Translations under genes and position numbers: made by a program
Notes under the pieces: model-generated
What the model was told of the DNA's origin: nothing
The model's input: the letters and a program-made list of their open reading frames with translations, nothing else
The model's database searches: none
Shown here: positions 1-12,428 of the stretch, piece after piece
Layout: the number at the start of each line of letters is the position of its first letter
Position numbering within the stretch: position 1 is the first letter of the stretch
From: Mizuhopecten yessoensis
Lineage: Eukaryota
Length of the DNA: 64,000 nt
Assembly: GCF_002113885.1 (NCBI RefSeq)
Contig: NW_018408154.1
Location: forward strand, 808,297 to 872,296
Reading direction: 5' to 3'

Positions 1-69
1 GCATTGAATGACAGTTTTTGGGCCGTTTTCCAACAAGTATCCCGTTTTGGATACTGTCCCGATTTGGGT

Positions 70-215
70 ACAGTGACGGTAGGGTTACCCCTATTTTAAA
101 AAAAGAGAACCCTTTAAGTAAAAAATACTCTAGACCAGTGAGCATATTACCCACCATTTCCATTTTTTTTGAAAGGTCTATGGTTGAGCAACTCGAGAGC
201 TTTCTGACGACGAGA
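70..215 (+). mobile_element. Small non-LTR retrotransposon (L2/CR1 group) RT N-terminal fragment
   Basis: RVTPILKKENP..YSRPVSILPTISIFFERSMVEQL resembles the V.PI.KK...YRP(I/V)S.L..(L/I)SK.FE motif of LINE RT domains 1-2; it abuts the truncated end of the Gypsy element. Confidence 0.7.
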
Positions 216-1589
216 GATTTTTTTTATATTGAGTCTGGGTCCAACGCAGCCTTGCTCAATTTCGGTGCTATGAAACGTACATTGTCACCTATATGTAAAG
301 GTGGGAGCGAATGAGCTCCTTTGCCAAAATAGAATTTCTAACGCACTTTCTGCTCTTCTAACGACGTTTTGGCGGCTTGAGGTTCAAAACCCAGTGGGTT
401 CAATTGAGACTGTTTGACAGGTAGTTTGGTTCTTGTCGTTACAACTCTACACCAGGAATTGGTGTGTTCCTGAGATCCATTAGAGCTAGGTACGGATCAC
501 GATGGTCGTCTCGGGCTTTCTTGAACAGACGCTTAACGGTCTGCACGGATCTCTCTACCAATCCATTACTCTGAGGGTACCTTGGAGACGAGGTGGTATG
601 TTCAAAATGTCTTCAATCTGCTTCGTAATGCCTGGCCAAGACAGAGCAGTTCTGGCTCTCTGGATACACTTAATCTTGCCTAAGTGACTACTATATAAAG
701 TCTTCAACATTTCAAGCCTCAGAACTGCAGGGGTAATTATTCTATTACCTTTCAACAAAACTCCATCGACAACACTAATTTCGTTTCTAAAATTCCAATA
801 TGGCTTCAAATCTGGGTCAAGGCAATGTTTGTTATTAAGCCAACCTGACATAACTGTGATTTTGAGTTTAGCTAGTACTCTATCACTGTCGGTTTCTCTC
901 AAGAACTGTGTGGATTTCTCCTGGCTGAAAGGTACTGTTTCAACCACTTGCACCTCAAACTCATCAATGTCGGATGCGGTTTCAATGATCGGCGCCGTAG
1001 AACGACTCAGTGTGTCGGCGATATACAACTCTTTCCCCGGACGATATGTAACCACCAAGTAGTACTGCTGAACTTTCAGCATCATACGCTGTAGTCTTGG
1101 AGGCGCACTGGACAATGGCTTCTTAAATAAGCTCTCTAGTGGTTTATGATCAGTTTCTACTTGAACAGTTTTGCCGTGCACATATTCATGAAACTTCTTA
1201 AACCCATACACAATTCCAAGCGTCTCTTTTTCAATTTGAGAATAGATTTTTTCTGCGGAATTTAATGCCCTCGATGCGTATGCGACGGGTTGCTGTTTCT
1301 GTAATATGCACGCTCCCAAGCCGTATGACGACGAATCAACTGATAGTCTAATACCTTTTCAAACGTCGTAATACCAAAGTACTGGTGCGGTAGTAATTGC
1401 ACGCTATAGAGCTTCAAACGCGGTATCCTTCTAACCAGTGCCATGCTACACCAATTTCCAGTAGTTCTCTCAATGGCTGATTGACAGCGGAGAGATTCGG
1501 ACTGAACTTTCCAACATAATTTACCATTCCAATAAATCTCTGCAATTCCATTTTGTTCTCCGGTTTTGGTAGTGCTAGTATAGTAGTAC

Positions 1590-2415
1590 ACTACCAATCA
1601 GGATGATCAGATACACAATATCTGTACAGTAGATAGTGAAAAAGACCTCGGAGTTATTGTAGACAGCAAGGCAAAATTTGAAAAGCACATATCAACCTCT
1701 GAAGAAAAGCCAACAGGAACCTAGGTCTCATCTTTAGAACATTTATATTTATGGAAAAAAATATGTTTTTATCACTATACAAATCTCGCGTCCGCCTACA
1801 CCTTGAATATGCAAGTGTTGTCTGGTCACCATATTTGCTAAAAGACATCAAACTACTGGAAAAAGTACAAAGGAGGGTAACTCGTTTAATTCCCAGTCTA
1901 GTAAACAAACCCTACTCAGAGAGACTGCGCCATATAGGATTACTTATTTGGAGTACAGAACCTGATCCAAACATACAAGATCCTAGAGGGAACAGACACT
2001 GTAGATCACAGCAAAATGTTCACTAAAACCCAGGATTCCAGAACAAGAGGGAACAACAAGAAGCTGTTTAAAAAAAGAAGGATCAGACAAGTAAGCTGTA
2101 ACAGCTACAGCAACAGGGTTGTGGAGTCCTGGAATAGTCTGTCAAACCATGTGGTAAATGCCCCGAGCGTAAATAGTTTTAAACACAGACTCAATAAGTT
2201 CTGGTCGGATCACCCATGTAAATTCAATGCCTCCTGCTATTAGCAAGATCCTGTCAGATCATTTAATATTTTATCTCACCTTTTAACTTTAAGATTTCTG
2301 GATTTTAATTTCTCTATATCAATACGCACCGGAAGTTGTGTATTAGTATAGGAACATTAAAATGCGCCGCAAGAAGCTACCTGAAGCTTTCTATTGGTGT
2401 CGACTACTATATCAA
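1590..2415 (+). mobile_element. CR1-type LINE 3' fragment nested in Gypsy RT
   Basis: LYKSRVRLHLEYASVVWSPYLLKDIKLLEKVQRRVTRLI and RTRGNNKKLFK..SNRVVESWNSL..APSVNSFKHRLNKFW are typical CR1 ORF2 C-terminal motifs. It splits Gypsy ..VEAMI / LALPKPENKMELQRFIGMVNY. Confidence 0.88.
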
Positions 2416-3965
2416 CTATATCATAGCCTCAACACGGTCATTAGTCGGTCGAACTCCGTCTTTGCTAAATACGTGACCTACGTACTCACCTTCCGGTTTG
2501 TCTACTTTACATTTATCTCCGTTGAGTCTCAATCCAACCTCTTTACATCTCCAGAGAACACTTTCCAGTTTGTTGACGTGCTCCTCCTTGTAATCGGACC
2601 ATATGAGGATATCATCCACTATTGCTGTACACGGTTGATTCTCGAAAACTTGGGAAATAGTTTCTGGGGTACTCGAAATGCCAAATGGAAGACGCTCAAA
2701 ATTGTACCGACCGTACGGAGTGTTAAATGTCGTGATCCATGTACTCTTCTGGGCCAACATTATTTGATAAACTCCAGACGCCGCGTCTAATATACTGAAG
2801 AATTTTTGCAGAATCAACAGTCGCTGCAACTTCCTCAGCGGTCTTGAGAGGATAGTGTTCTCGGTGAACTGTCTTGTTCAGTTCTCTAGGATCTAGACAA
2901 ACACGTACTTTTCCATTTGGTTTCTTAACTGTTACGATCGGATTAACCCATTTCGTTGGTTCCTCGACTTGAGTTTTTACGCTCCATCCTTTCAAGTTCC
3001 TCTTTGACTTTGGCTTCCAGTGTATGAGGAATCTTTCTGGGAGGCGACACTATAGGCGTCACAGATGGATCTATCTTGATTTCGTACTCTCCTGGGAGAG
3101 CCAATGCCATTAAACAGATGTTCATATTTCCTAAGAGATTTTTGTGCCTTCGAGCTACTTTGTTTTTTAGTACTCTCAGCACTTTGATCCATGTTCACCG
3201 AGTAACACGCTGTACTAGGTTCAGTTTTAGACATGTATCCAGACCTAACACTGGCATAACGTCTTGTCCAACGACGTGCAAATCAATGAGGTGATATCTG
3301 CCCTTGTATAATATGCTTGCGATAAATTTGCCGTATATTGGCATTTCATGTCCAGAGTACAACACTAGTTTACTTATGTTTTTCACAAGTTTCTTCAAGT
3401 CCAACCCCGATTTCTCACAGGCTTTTTTACTGATCACATTGAATTCAGCCTCAGTATCCAACTTAAACAGTGTAAAGTTTTTTTTTCAAATTGTCAAACC
3501 GAAACTTTCCAGTCTTTCTTGTTTTGACCATTTGTTTGTCCACACCAATACCGTCAATGAAAAATATGTCACTTTCTTCAGAGTCACTTATTGTCTCGTC
3601 TAGTTGATGGACTCTGTGTTGTTGATGTGTGGACATGCACATTACCGCATTTTCTTTTGACATTTGTTACAGATTTCCCCAAAAGCTAGACAATGTCCTT
3701 TAACTATGTTTCTATCCACAATAACCACATACCTGTGATTGTGTTCCTTTTTCCTTGTAAGTATTTCCTTCCTCGGTCTCACACCTTTGAATTTGGCGCC
3801 ATTTCCGGTCGCATGCTTGATCACGTGAACATCACTCGTGTCACTAGCGGCTCCGTGTAATTCCTTAATCTGTGTTTCACTAGCTTCGGCAGCCACACAA
3901 ATGTCTATAGCGTTTTGGAATCCGAGATCTTTGTCTCTCAGTAGACGTGCTCTCACAGAATCGCT

Positions 3966-4915
3966 CATCCTCGATATCCAGGGGTTACGTTAACTTTCGC
4001 TCTCTACACCCCTGGAATATGTCAAAGCAAGGTTGAAGGCTCGGTGTGCGCCACCTTGTTGATGAGACAAGGAGACAAGATACAAGAAACTTTATTTAAC
4101 GTCGCATATATCAAACAGAAACATTAGCGCTGTAGCGCTATTTTTGCGACAAACATGATAAAAGCAAACAGAAAACAACAAATCAAACTATTACACTATC
4201 ACAGAAAGCTAGCACATGATCAGCGAGTAAAATATACAATAACATAGCAGCATATAAATAGATATCACATGCACTAAATTTTAAGTACTCTACTAAAAAT
4301 GATGTAAAGAGATAATAGTGAAACACCTGCATATCACACAGGTGTTTTTATATATTGGAGGGTTAAAACACTTCAAGTGTAATGTACATACATGCTAATA
4401 TGGCAGAAGAGTAAAAATTGACATAATATATACTAATATAGTGTAAATTAAAATAGGACGACAAGGTCTAGTAGGTAAAAGATATTGAGCTATAATGATG
4501 ATTAGAAGAGAGGGCTAAAACTATGCTGCCAGTTATTGGTACATAAAAGCGTCATGCAAAGCAGAGGTTAAGCTAAATAGGTAGGTAAATAAATAATAGA
4601 TAACGAAAGCAGGTAACTAGTAATAAAGACTAAAATACTGAAAAAAACATTAAAACTCTAGACACAGGTACAGATACGACATGAGCAAACGGGGCTATCC
4701 CAGGAGTGCAGCAGTCTGGCAAACTCTGGATAACTATCCACCTTCCTCAGAAGACTCCTTTGATATACATCAAAATAATCTCGCGGTCACATAACGGTAA
4801 AAGTTGACAGGCTTTGAAGTCGGGCGTCTCTCCTTTGTAATCTTCAAAGAATAGGTATCAGCCTAGCGATTGGTCAGATTTTGTTTACCTGAGACCAATC
4901 AAACAGCTATCTGTC
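3966..4915 (-). mobile_element. Non-autonomous TIR element (same family as 46268-46590), itself interrupted by an insert at about 4076-4750
   Basis: 3966-4075 matches both arms of the element at 46268-46590. The reverse complement of 4760-4900 matches its interior (CTTTGAAGATTACA.AGGAG..ACCGTTA..TTTTGATGTA). The insert ends on the minus strand with AATAAAGTTTCTTGTATCTTGTCTC, like a LINE 3' tail. Confidence 0.65.
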
Positions 4916-4919
4916 AGCT

Positions 4920-5930
4920 AAACAGTTCACTTCGTGGATAATCATAGACACCTCGGATTAGTTCTGGATAATAATTGTAAATGGAGTAACCACATTGATA
5001 ATAATATATGCCAAAAAGTTTCAAAACAGGTAAGTGTACTGCGCGAACTAAAAAATATATTAAATAGACCAACTCTTAATAAAATATACAGATCCTATAT
5101 TCTTCCATTTCTAGAATACTGTTGCGAGGTATGGGATGGGTGTACTCTCGGTGACGCAGACAAACTAGAACGCTTCAGCTGGAGTCTGCACGGATAATCA
5201 CGGGTTTACCCTCTTATTGTAGCAGAGCATCTTTATACTCCGAAAGTGGATTCGAACCTTTATCTCAGAGAAGATCTAGGAGAAAACTATTCTACAAAAT
5301 TCACAAAAATCTACTATTCTCTACTGTCTCCGCTTGTCACAATACAACCTCCGTAATGCCGATAATTATTCTCTACCTAATTTCCGACTTCAACTTTCAA
5401 ACTCTTCCTTTTTCCATTCTACAATCCGACTTTGGAACCAATTAGACCTGGACATAAGACAAAGAGTTTCACATACAGCGTTTAAGAATTCTCTCCTAAA
5501 TCTTAAAAATTTATATGTTCCAAATTATTATCTGATTGGCGATAGAAAACTTAATATTTTACATACCAAATTAAGAAACAGAGCTAGGACCTTAAATAAC
5601 GATCTATTCCATGCAAATCTAAAAAAAACTCCGACACTGTCAATGTGGTCATCCTGTTGAAGATACATATCATTTCTTTTTTGGTTGTAACAATTGTGTA
5701 CAACAAAGAATTAAATTATATCGTGAACTAAACTATTTCATTCCTCTGGACCTGCAGCTAATACCTTTTGGTAGATTGGAATGAAGCCAACATGAAAATG
5801 AAATAATATTTCAACATACTCGGCAATATATTCTAGATTCTCATAGATTTTGATAAATATATCAACACACACACACACACAAAGAACACACACCACACAC
5901 ATACATACACCCCCCCCCCCCCCCCCCCCT
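4920..5930 (+). mobile_element. Non-LTR retrotransposon 3' fragment (CR1/L2/Crack group) with C-terminal zinc knuckle
   Basis: HRHLGLVLD..WSNHID, IYRSYILPFLEYCCEVWD, SFFHSTIRLWNQL and C.CGHPVEDTYHFFFGC; frameshifted; followed by (CA)n and poly-C. Confidence 0.85.
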
Positions 5931-5994
5931 CCATTTATTTTTACAGAAATTGTACGATCTTGATATTACGTTGGGTAATTTATTAGTCGACAGT

Positions 5995-6230
5995 CAGTAT
6001 CATCTTAAATGCTGAAGAGTCGTGTTTCTGGTCTTCCCCGATACAAACGGCACTAGTGAAACGAAAATACCAGAAGGAATCGAATTTACAAGGAGAAGGC
6101 AACAGAGGTACGGGAAGTGATGAACATTAGAAAAGCAGAGTGTTTTGAATAGTGGACAGTGTAACTAGTGCCGTCTGTGTCGGAGAAGATCACTACCACG
6201 ACCTCACATTCAATATCTTCAAGCTATGAC
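5995..6230. mobile_element. Fold-back MITE-like element
   Basis: Imperfect inverted arms of about 45 bp: 6013-6057 (GTCGTG..TCTTCCCCGATACAAACGGCACTAGT) and 6163-6211 (ACTAGTGCCGTCTGTGTCGGAGAAGA..CACGAC). Confidence 0.6.
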
Positions 6231-6231
6231 N

Positions 6232-6264
<33 letters not shown>

Positions 6265-6333
6265 TACAGTATGCCTCAAACTTTGTGACAATATCGCCCT
6301 CCTTTGTTTTATCAGCCCCTTTCCACGAGAAGG

Positions 6334-6431
6334 TCAATCGCAACTTCTCGGCCAATTCAGGCTAGGCGCGGATTCATATGATTCCGCGCCATTCCGCGCC
6401 TAGCCGGAATTGGCCGAGAAGTTGCGATTAA
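6334..6431. mobile_element. 98-bp hairpin MITE with 8-bp TSD (hAT-like) inserted in Gypsy gag
   Basis: Near-perfect TIRs of about 39 bp; flanks CGAGAAGG (6326-6333) and CGAAAAGG (6432-6439). Removing it restores gag ..VYNTFSWKGADKTKEGDIVTKFEAYCN. Confidence 0.85.
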
Positions 6432-6629
6432 CGAAAAGGTATTATAAACTTCAACGGCCTCCGGGCCCAACACGTGGAGCAATGTCATGCCTTTGACACC
6501 GTCCGCTTTCCCTGCTACACCACTGGCATCAGCATAGATTTCGTACTGTTGGCGAAATCGTCTCAAGTTTTCTGATACATTCCCTGTTAAACATAACGGT
6601 GGCGGCGGGTGTAGGCGGTCCATTTTTAC

Positions 6630-6639
6630 TCTGACACCA
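6630..6639 (-). promoter_or_regulatory. Primer binding site TGGTGTCAGA (tRNA-Leu type)
   Basis: Minus strand reads ..ACTACA|TGGTGTCAGAGTAAAAATG: LTR end CA, then TGG-PBS, then the gag ATG. Confidence 0.75.
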
Positions 6640-6806
6640 TGTAGTGTAATCAGACAACCAACACATGCAAATGGCGCGCACAGACTGTAACTTTATTATT
6701 CCCTAGTACAAATAGTTATTACAGTAGTATGTTGCAAAGGCGACAACTCGTCCAGTCAAAGTATTGACTATGACATATGTTAATGTGGGATAGGTTTACA
6801 CATACA
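6640..6806 (-). repeat. 5' LTR of the Gypsy element (about 167 bp)
   Basis: TG...CA termini with imperfect inverted ends (TGTAGTGTAA / TTACACATACA) and AATAAA on the minus strand at about 6692-6697; it directly abuts the PBS. No 3' LTR is in the window to confirm the outer boundary. Confidence 0.7.
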
Positions 6807-7446
6807 GTGAGAGTAATTGACATACGCATAAAAAATGCATACGTTATTGGAAATAACTAACTGTTATATAATACACGTCAGTTTTGTATGCGTGGAAATG
6901 TGTTCGGTTAACATACAGAGTGTGTGACCTAGTCTGTATGGTTCTGGTTTTTAATGGAGTCAGACATAAACAAACAGCGAGAGCTATATCAGTATAGATC
7001 TGTGGGTATTCGTTGTAAGAATGGACGTGGGGTGGCTCTCCGACCAATGTCCATTCCATCGCGACGGTGATAATAAATGGTTGTATCTATACTCGTCTTC
7101 TCGGTGTTTTTTTTATAACATTCGAGAATGTTCTGGAATGTTCGAGAACATAGACCATGCGTAGGAAATCCTGTGACGTCATCATTACGGTACCACCCGG
7201 TTAGGATGGTGCTGCAGGATGGTAAGGATTATATAGGAGACTGTACTCAATGACCCTGGCCCAAAAGCGGTACTTTTGTACTACTCCTAGGTCTGCCTAC
7301 TGTACTTAGAGAAAACAAAAGCTGAGTGATAAAACCTGCCATGGTATATAAATCCATGGATCGACCATGGGACTTCTTTTGTAGCGCTGAATACATTATC
7401 ATTACTACACTATACGTATGTCAGTACCAGAAGCGGGAAAATGCAC

Positions 7447-7518
7447 GACCATACCAGGGTTCGAACCCGTGACCCTCCGAACTCTAGATGGACGCTCTAC
7501 TAGTTGAGCAGCCTGGTC
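7447..7518 (-). pseudogene. tRNA-like sequence (pseudo-tRNA or SINE head, AGA at the anticodon position)
   Basis: Minus strand GACCAGG CT GCTC AACTAGTA GAGC G TCCAT CTAGAGT TCGGA GGGTC ACGG GTTCGAA CCCTGGTATGGTC has A box, B box and a cloverleaf with mismatched stems; it lacks the long variable arm expected of a true tRNA-Ser. Confidence 0.65.
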
Positions 7519-7949
7519 GCCGATGATCGACCCAGTCCTGTTCCGCTACACATATATCCATATTATCAGTCAGAACATCTGTACTGACCTGTAAGCTGCA
7601 GAAATGTTGACACATTGTTTATGACGTTTTATTCTTTATTTAACCAGTGACAAACACGTATGATCTCTTTTTACATATGAATTTTATTTACACGAAATGG
7701 TTCCTTTGTAAAATACAATTATGAAACATTACAGTGTGTACTTCCTAGCTGCTATAGAGTGTATCTGGGTTTGCTTTATTAATGTACCAGTCTCTGGCAA
7801 GAGCCCATTCTAGTTCCAAGAAGCATAATTTGACATAAAATATCAACGTTCAATATTTGATAATTTTTTAACATATTTTTTCATCTTTTAACAATGATCT
7901 ACTTGAGTGCAATTTAGAGAATAAACGAGTTTTATTTTAAAATAGGAGA

Positions 7950-10900
7950 TATGTATCCGAGCCAGGTGCAGTTGCTGTGTTTATTGATACTTGGATCTTT
8001 ACCCTGGTATCTTTGTAAATCACTGATCACATTGCATCAATGTCCTTCACTTGAAACACATAAGTAAAGACAATTTATTTGCCATGTTTGCCTGCCAGTT
8101 AGAGATATTTGAGAAATCTTTCATTTTTCTGTGATGGTAACAACTGATTTGCATATCTATGAGTATTGTTAAGCATAAGATACGGCAGAAACGTCTTTAT
8201 TCTATTCTCTGATTATCAAAACATAGGTAGTAGACATTTCATTTGTTATGTTTACGTGTCTAGACACTCAAAAAAACAATTAAGCGAGGGATGGATTTTA
8301 ACCCCGTTAGGAAACTACTGATTTGTATCCGATTCAGCCTTCTTATAGAAGTATCAGGCATCAACACTATTGTGCATTCTCGAACGATACTTCCACACGG
8401 ATTCCGACATCATCAGTATCGTACGAGAATCTACATGTCGTCAAGCCAACAACAGCTGGTCACTGTAAGTCAGTTATTCCTCTGAATTTAATGTCCTGAA
8501 ACTGTCGCTCGGTGAAGAATAAGTCATTGTCCGTCGGGGATTTTGTAACATCTCAGGACATTGACATTAATCTTGCATTGACAGAAACCTGGTTAGGTTC
8601 AGATATCGATGACCATGTACTAGCTGAGCTAATACCAGCAGGCTATAGATTCCTCCACAATGCTAGACTCGGCAAACGGGGTGGTGGGATGGCTGTTCTG
8701 TTTAAGAAAGGCCTAGCGTAGTGTGAGACATCTCTCTTCCAGCCATGATGATGTATACACACACTTTGAGCACATGACTTGCTCTGTCATTGCTGGTGAT
8801 AAACAATTAAGTTTGTGTATCATTTACAGGCCTCCTCCATCTAAACAGAATGCTTTCCGAAATACAGTGGTTTTTTTTAATAAATGGTCTACCTTTTTTT
8901 TAGACCACCAAGTTGTTGTACCACAAGAGATTATTATCACGGGTGACCTAAATTGCCACTTAGACGATCTATCTAAAGGTGATGTTCGCCAGTTCTCTGG
9001 GCTTCTAGATTCCAGGGATCTGATTCAGCATGTGACAGAAGCTACACACACCCATGGCCATCCACTGGATGTGGTTATAACGAGGGAAGATAATTCAGTC
9101 ATTCTTGGATCAATTTCAGGGATTGATCCATGTCTAAGTGATGTAAAAAGGAACCAATCCGATGATCATCTTGCTGTCCACGCAACACTGAATTGTAGTA
9201 AGCCAGATCGTGCAAGGAAAGAAGTGAGCTTCTGGAAATTCCGCGAAATTTCAATACCAGATTTCAACAATGACATTCAGTCTTTTTCCGCCATTCAATC
9301 AACTGAAGGCGGGGTTGATGATCTTGTTGAAGCATACACATCTGGTATAGAAGCCCTTATATAGAAACACACACCTCTGAAGATTAAAGTGATAACTGTG
9401 TGCCCTGTGGTATAATAAAAATATCCGCGTAGAAAAACAGAACCGTAGAAAAGCAGAGAGACAGTGGCGACGGACCAAATTAACCGTTCACCAACAGATT
9501 TATAGGGAACAATGTCGGCTGGTTGGTTCACTTCTCATTCAGTCAAAGAAGACTGATTATTCGGAAAGAATCGAAGAATGTGGTAAGTATCATAGGCAGC
9601 TATTTAGACTCAATAAAACGTAATTGGCCAGAAAGGTCAAATTATTCTACAAAGCTATAATTCTGAAAAAGACTTATCAAACAAGTTCGATGATTACTTT
9701 CTGAATAAAATCAGCTCAATCAGGAAAAAAATATTGCATACTTTGGCATACTTTATAAACGTCTGGAATACTCTTATGGAGTGACTGATACCGCACTATG
9801 CTGGATACAGTCTTATCTGAGTGAACGACGACAGTGTGTTGCCATCGGATCTACCACCTCACATGACAAAGTACTAGATTTCGGGGTTCCTCAAGGGTCG
9901 GTGTTAGGACAACACAAATATTGCCTGTATATTTGTCGTGGCCAAAGTCTTCGCTATCATTGCTATGCTGATGACACACAAATATACATGGTCATCAAAC
10001 CACAGGACAGTTGGGATACAGTTTCAGAAAATCTGGAAGCTTGTCTGACAGATATCAGTACCTGGATGAACGCCAACATGATAAAGCTTAACAGGAAAAG
10101 ACGGAACTAATCGTCTTTTCCCCAAAATGTCAGCAAACAATGGCTCTCCAGCTCAAGGTCGGTGCCAGAACTATGAAGACTGTCCCAGCTGATAAAAACC
10201 TAGGGGTACACTTTGATAGTTCATTGAACATGGAGAAACAAGTGAACGCTATTGCCAAATCCTGTTACTACCAGATCAGGCACATCGGCCGTATTTTGCA
10301 GTTTATAACTGAAGATGCATGCAAGATTTTGGTGCATTCACTTGTTACCTCTCGGTTGGATTATTTGACAAACTGACTATAGTCGCCTGCAGAGGGTCCA
10401 GAACACTGCAGCACGGCTGGTTAGTCGTACTCGAAAGAGAGAGCACATCACACCTGTGCTATATGCATTGCAGTGGTTACCTGTACGATACAGGTCACAG
10501 TACAAAAGTTTGGTGTACACATACAAGACACTGAATGGAACAGCTCATCAGTACTTACAGGAGCTTGTTACCCGGTATCAGCCGTCACGATCACTGCGGT
10601 CGGTGCAGAATCATTGTTGTGTGTCCCAAAATCTCGTACTGTGACCTATGGAAACCGTTGCTTTGGGAGGGTTTCGGCCACGTTGTGGAACAGCTTACCA
10701 TCTGCTATTAAAAAGTCAAATACCCTGGCCAAATTCAAGAGGGATATCAAAACTCACCTCTTCACATCTGCATTTTAGGGTCTGTTTGATTACATGTTGT
10801 GTGTGTGTATGTGCACATTGCTTGCTTAAATGTATAAAAGTGATTGTAAGCCTTTGTTTCACAATTATAACTATTACTATTATCCATATGTTGTAAAGCG

Positions 10901-10950
10901 CTTTAGAGTAATTTTACAAATTAGATAGGGCGCTATATTATTATTATTAT
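7950..10950 (+). mobile_element. L2-clade LINE, near full length, decayed, with an internal RT deletion
   Basis: APE endonuclease (NCRSVKNK, LALTETWL, YRPP, ITGDLNCH, THTHGHPLDVVI, SDDHL) at 8490-9200. RT GVPQGSVLG and YADDTQIY at 9780-10100. L2 C-terminus LVTSRLDY..LQWLPV..LWNSLP..KTHLF to 10778. 3' tail TGTAAAGCGCTTTAGAG..GGCGCTAT(ATT)n. The 5' boundary is approximate. Confidence 0.92.
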
Positions 10951-11449
10951 GATGTAATAGTTATCGCGATCTTGCGTTCCAGTATGATATATGTATCTGA
11001 GTTGCCAATGCTTGGAGGAAACATGAAGATTTGTTTACCACATGCATTCTTATTGCTCGAGGGGGTTAATAATTTAAATATTTTACATATTTCCGCAGAG
11101 GTTTACTGATACATGTACAGTGTATATCATTGTATCTAAATTGTTCATTTACAAGCATGTTGGGTCACAGGGGCACGGTTCAATTTATCAATTTATATCT
11201 GAGGCCTCCTTGTTTACCATACGTAAACAATGAGGCCTCGTATATAAATTGTTAAACAAGGATAACAATTTTGACAAAGATGGCCGCCACGGCCTCTGAT
11301 TGGTCGAATCAAATATTGGTCGATTTTGCTCAAATTCCATATGTAGGTCTATATTGGCACTGCGAACATAACTGCGGGGGTTTGGGGGACTGCTGTAATG
11401 GTGCCCCATTACAATTAGTACTTGTTATTATTATTTCCTCCAAATGAAC

Positions 11450-12230
11450 ATTACAGATACATTTAATACTAATAAAGACAAAATAATACAACAGAAAAAT
11501 CAGAACTATGGATAATTACATACATGTCACAAAATGTGTATGTATATATCATTGGAACATGTGAATAAATAGAATGTAATGAATACGTTTGTAGTTATCA
11601 ATTAAACATAGTGATATACAGGGTAACTTTCAAATCAGCTGCTGTCAATTCTTAACATTGTATAGACACTTGCCACAGAAGTAATTCTATATTCTTCCAA
11701 TTAATTATTTTCTAAACTGAAGTTAACTTCGCCTTCAAGTAAATGAAAGATGATTTCATTTTCTGGTAACGAATGCATATAATGACTAAATATCAGGTCG
11801 TGTATATAGATACGTGTATATATTGGCTATGTACATCCATAACTTATCTGTAACAGTATCCGTAAAATCACATCTTAATACAACATGTTCTGTATGATCT
11901 TGGTAGAGCTCACCACACCTGTGACAAAGGCTTGTAGTATGACTGTTTCTAATGGTTACAATACGATTCATCACAACATGGATCTTATCACTGTACATGG
12001 TGTTGGATAACAACTATCAACAGTGCATGCGGTTGTGACTTATTGTGGTTATGAACGTATTTGCAAAAATCTTTTGAGGTACGTTCCTAAAATAATTTTC
12101 CTGTTTGTTTGAAATAGACACTTCCACTATAGTTTTCCAATTTCTCTTATAAGGAAAATCACAAGTATCTATAAATTCATGCACATATTAATTTGTACAG
12201 TTTATACTTTTGATGTACAATGATGTTCGC
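11450..12230 (-). mobile_element. Old LINE 3' fragment with C-terminal CCHC
   Basis: ORF 11786-12013 contains LCHRCGELYQDHTEHVVLRC (Cx2C..Hx4C zinc knuckle of non-LTR ORF2); surrounding frames are broken. Confidence 0.55.
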
Positions 12231-12428
12231 ATTCTATACTGTGGTTTACTTTCGGAATTCGATATTTGGTTAATAACGTCAGAGAGCTTCTGTTCGGATC
12301 GGAATCGTTACAGCGTTTGTTAGTTAGGTAGAAGTGAAGCTGTAATTCAACGATGTAAAAATATACACGTGCTTTTAAAAATCAGCACTAGACCTTATTC
12401 TAAAAATTCGAAAGAAGAAGGCCTGAAA

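Larger units (their letters stand above)
225..6806 (-). mobile_element. Decayed Ty3/Gypsy LTR retrotransposon (gag-PR-RT-RNaseH-IN), 3' truncated, with nested insertions
   Basis: gag ATG at 6623 (MDRLHPPPPLCLTGNVSENLRRFRQQYEIY..), continuing at 6260-6333 and 3640-3968 with a CCHC remnant. Protease LDTEA at about 3460. RT at 2416-3180 (WVNPIVTVKK, VRVCLDPRELN, YNFERLPFGI, IVDDILI). RNase H YASRAL..YSQIEKE..ETDHKPL at 555-1330. Integrase remnants HLG..KC and TSSPRYPQSNGLVERSVQTVK..LRNTP at 250-700. Domain order is Gypsy; many frameshifts and deletions. Confidence 0.93.

Noticed and set aside
7447-7518. Functional tRNA-Ser(AGA)
   Set aside because: Mismatched anticodon, T and acceptor stems and no long variable arm; treated as repeat-derived.
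12369-12428. Upstream GTG start for MYBBP1A from the ORF track
   Set aside because: Non-ATG start; ATG at 12429 has good context (AAAATGA) and precedes the conserved FFW motif.
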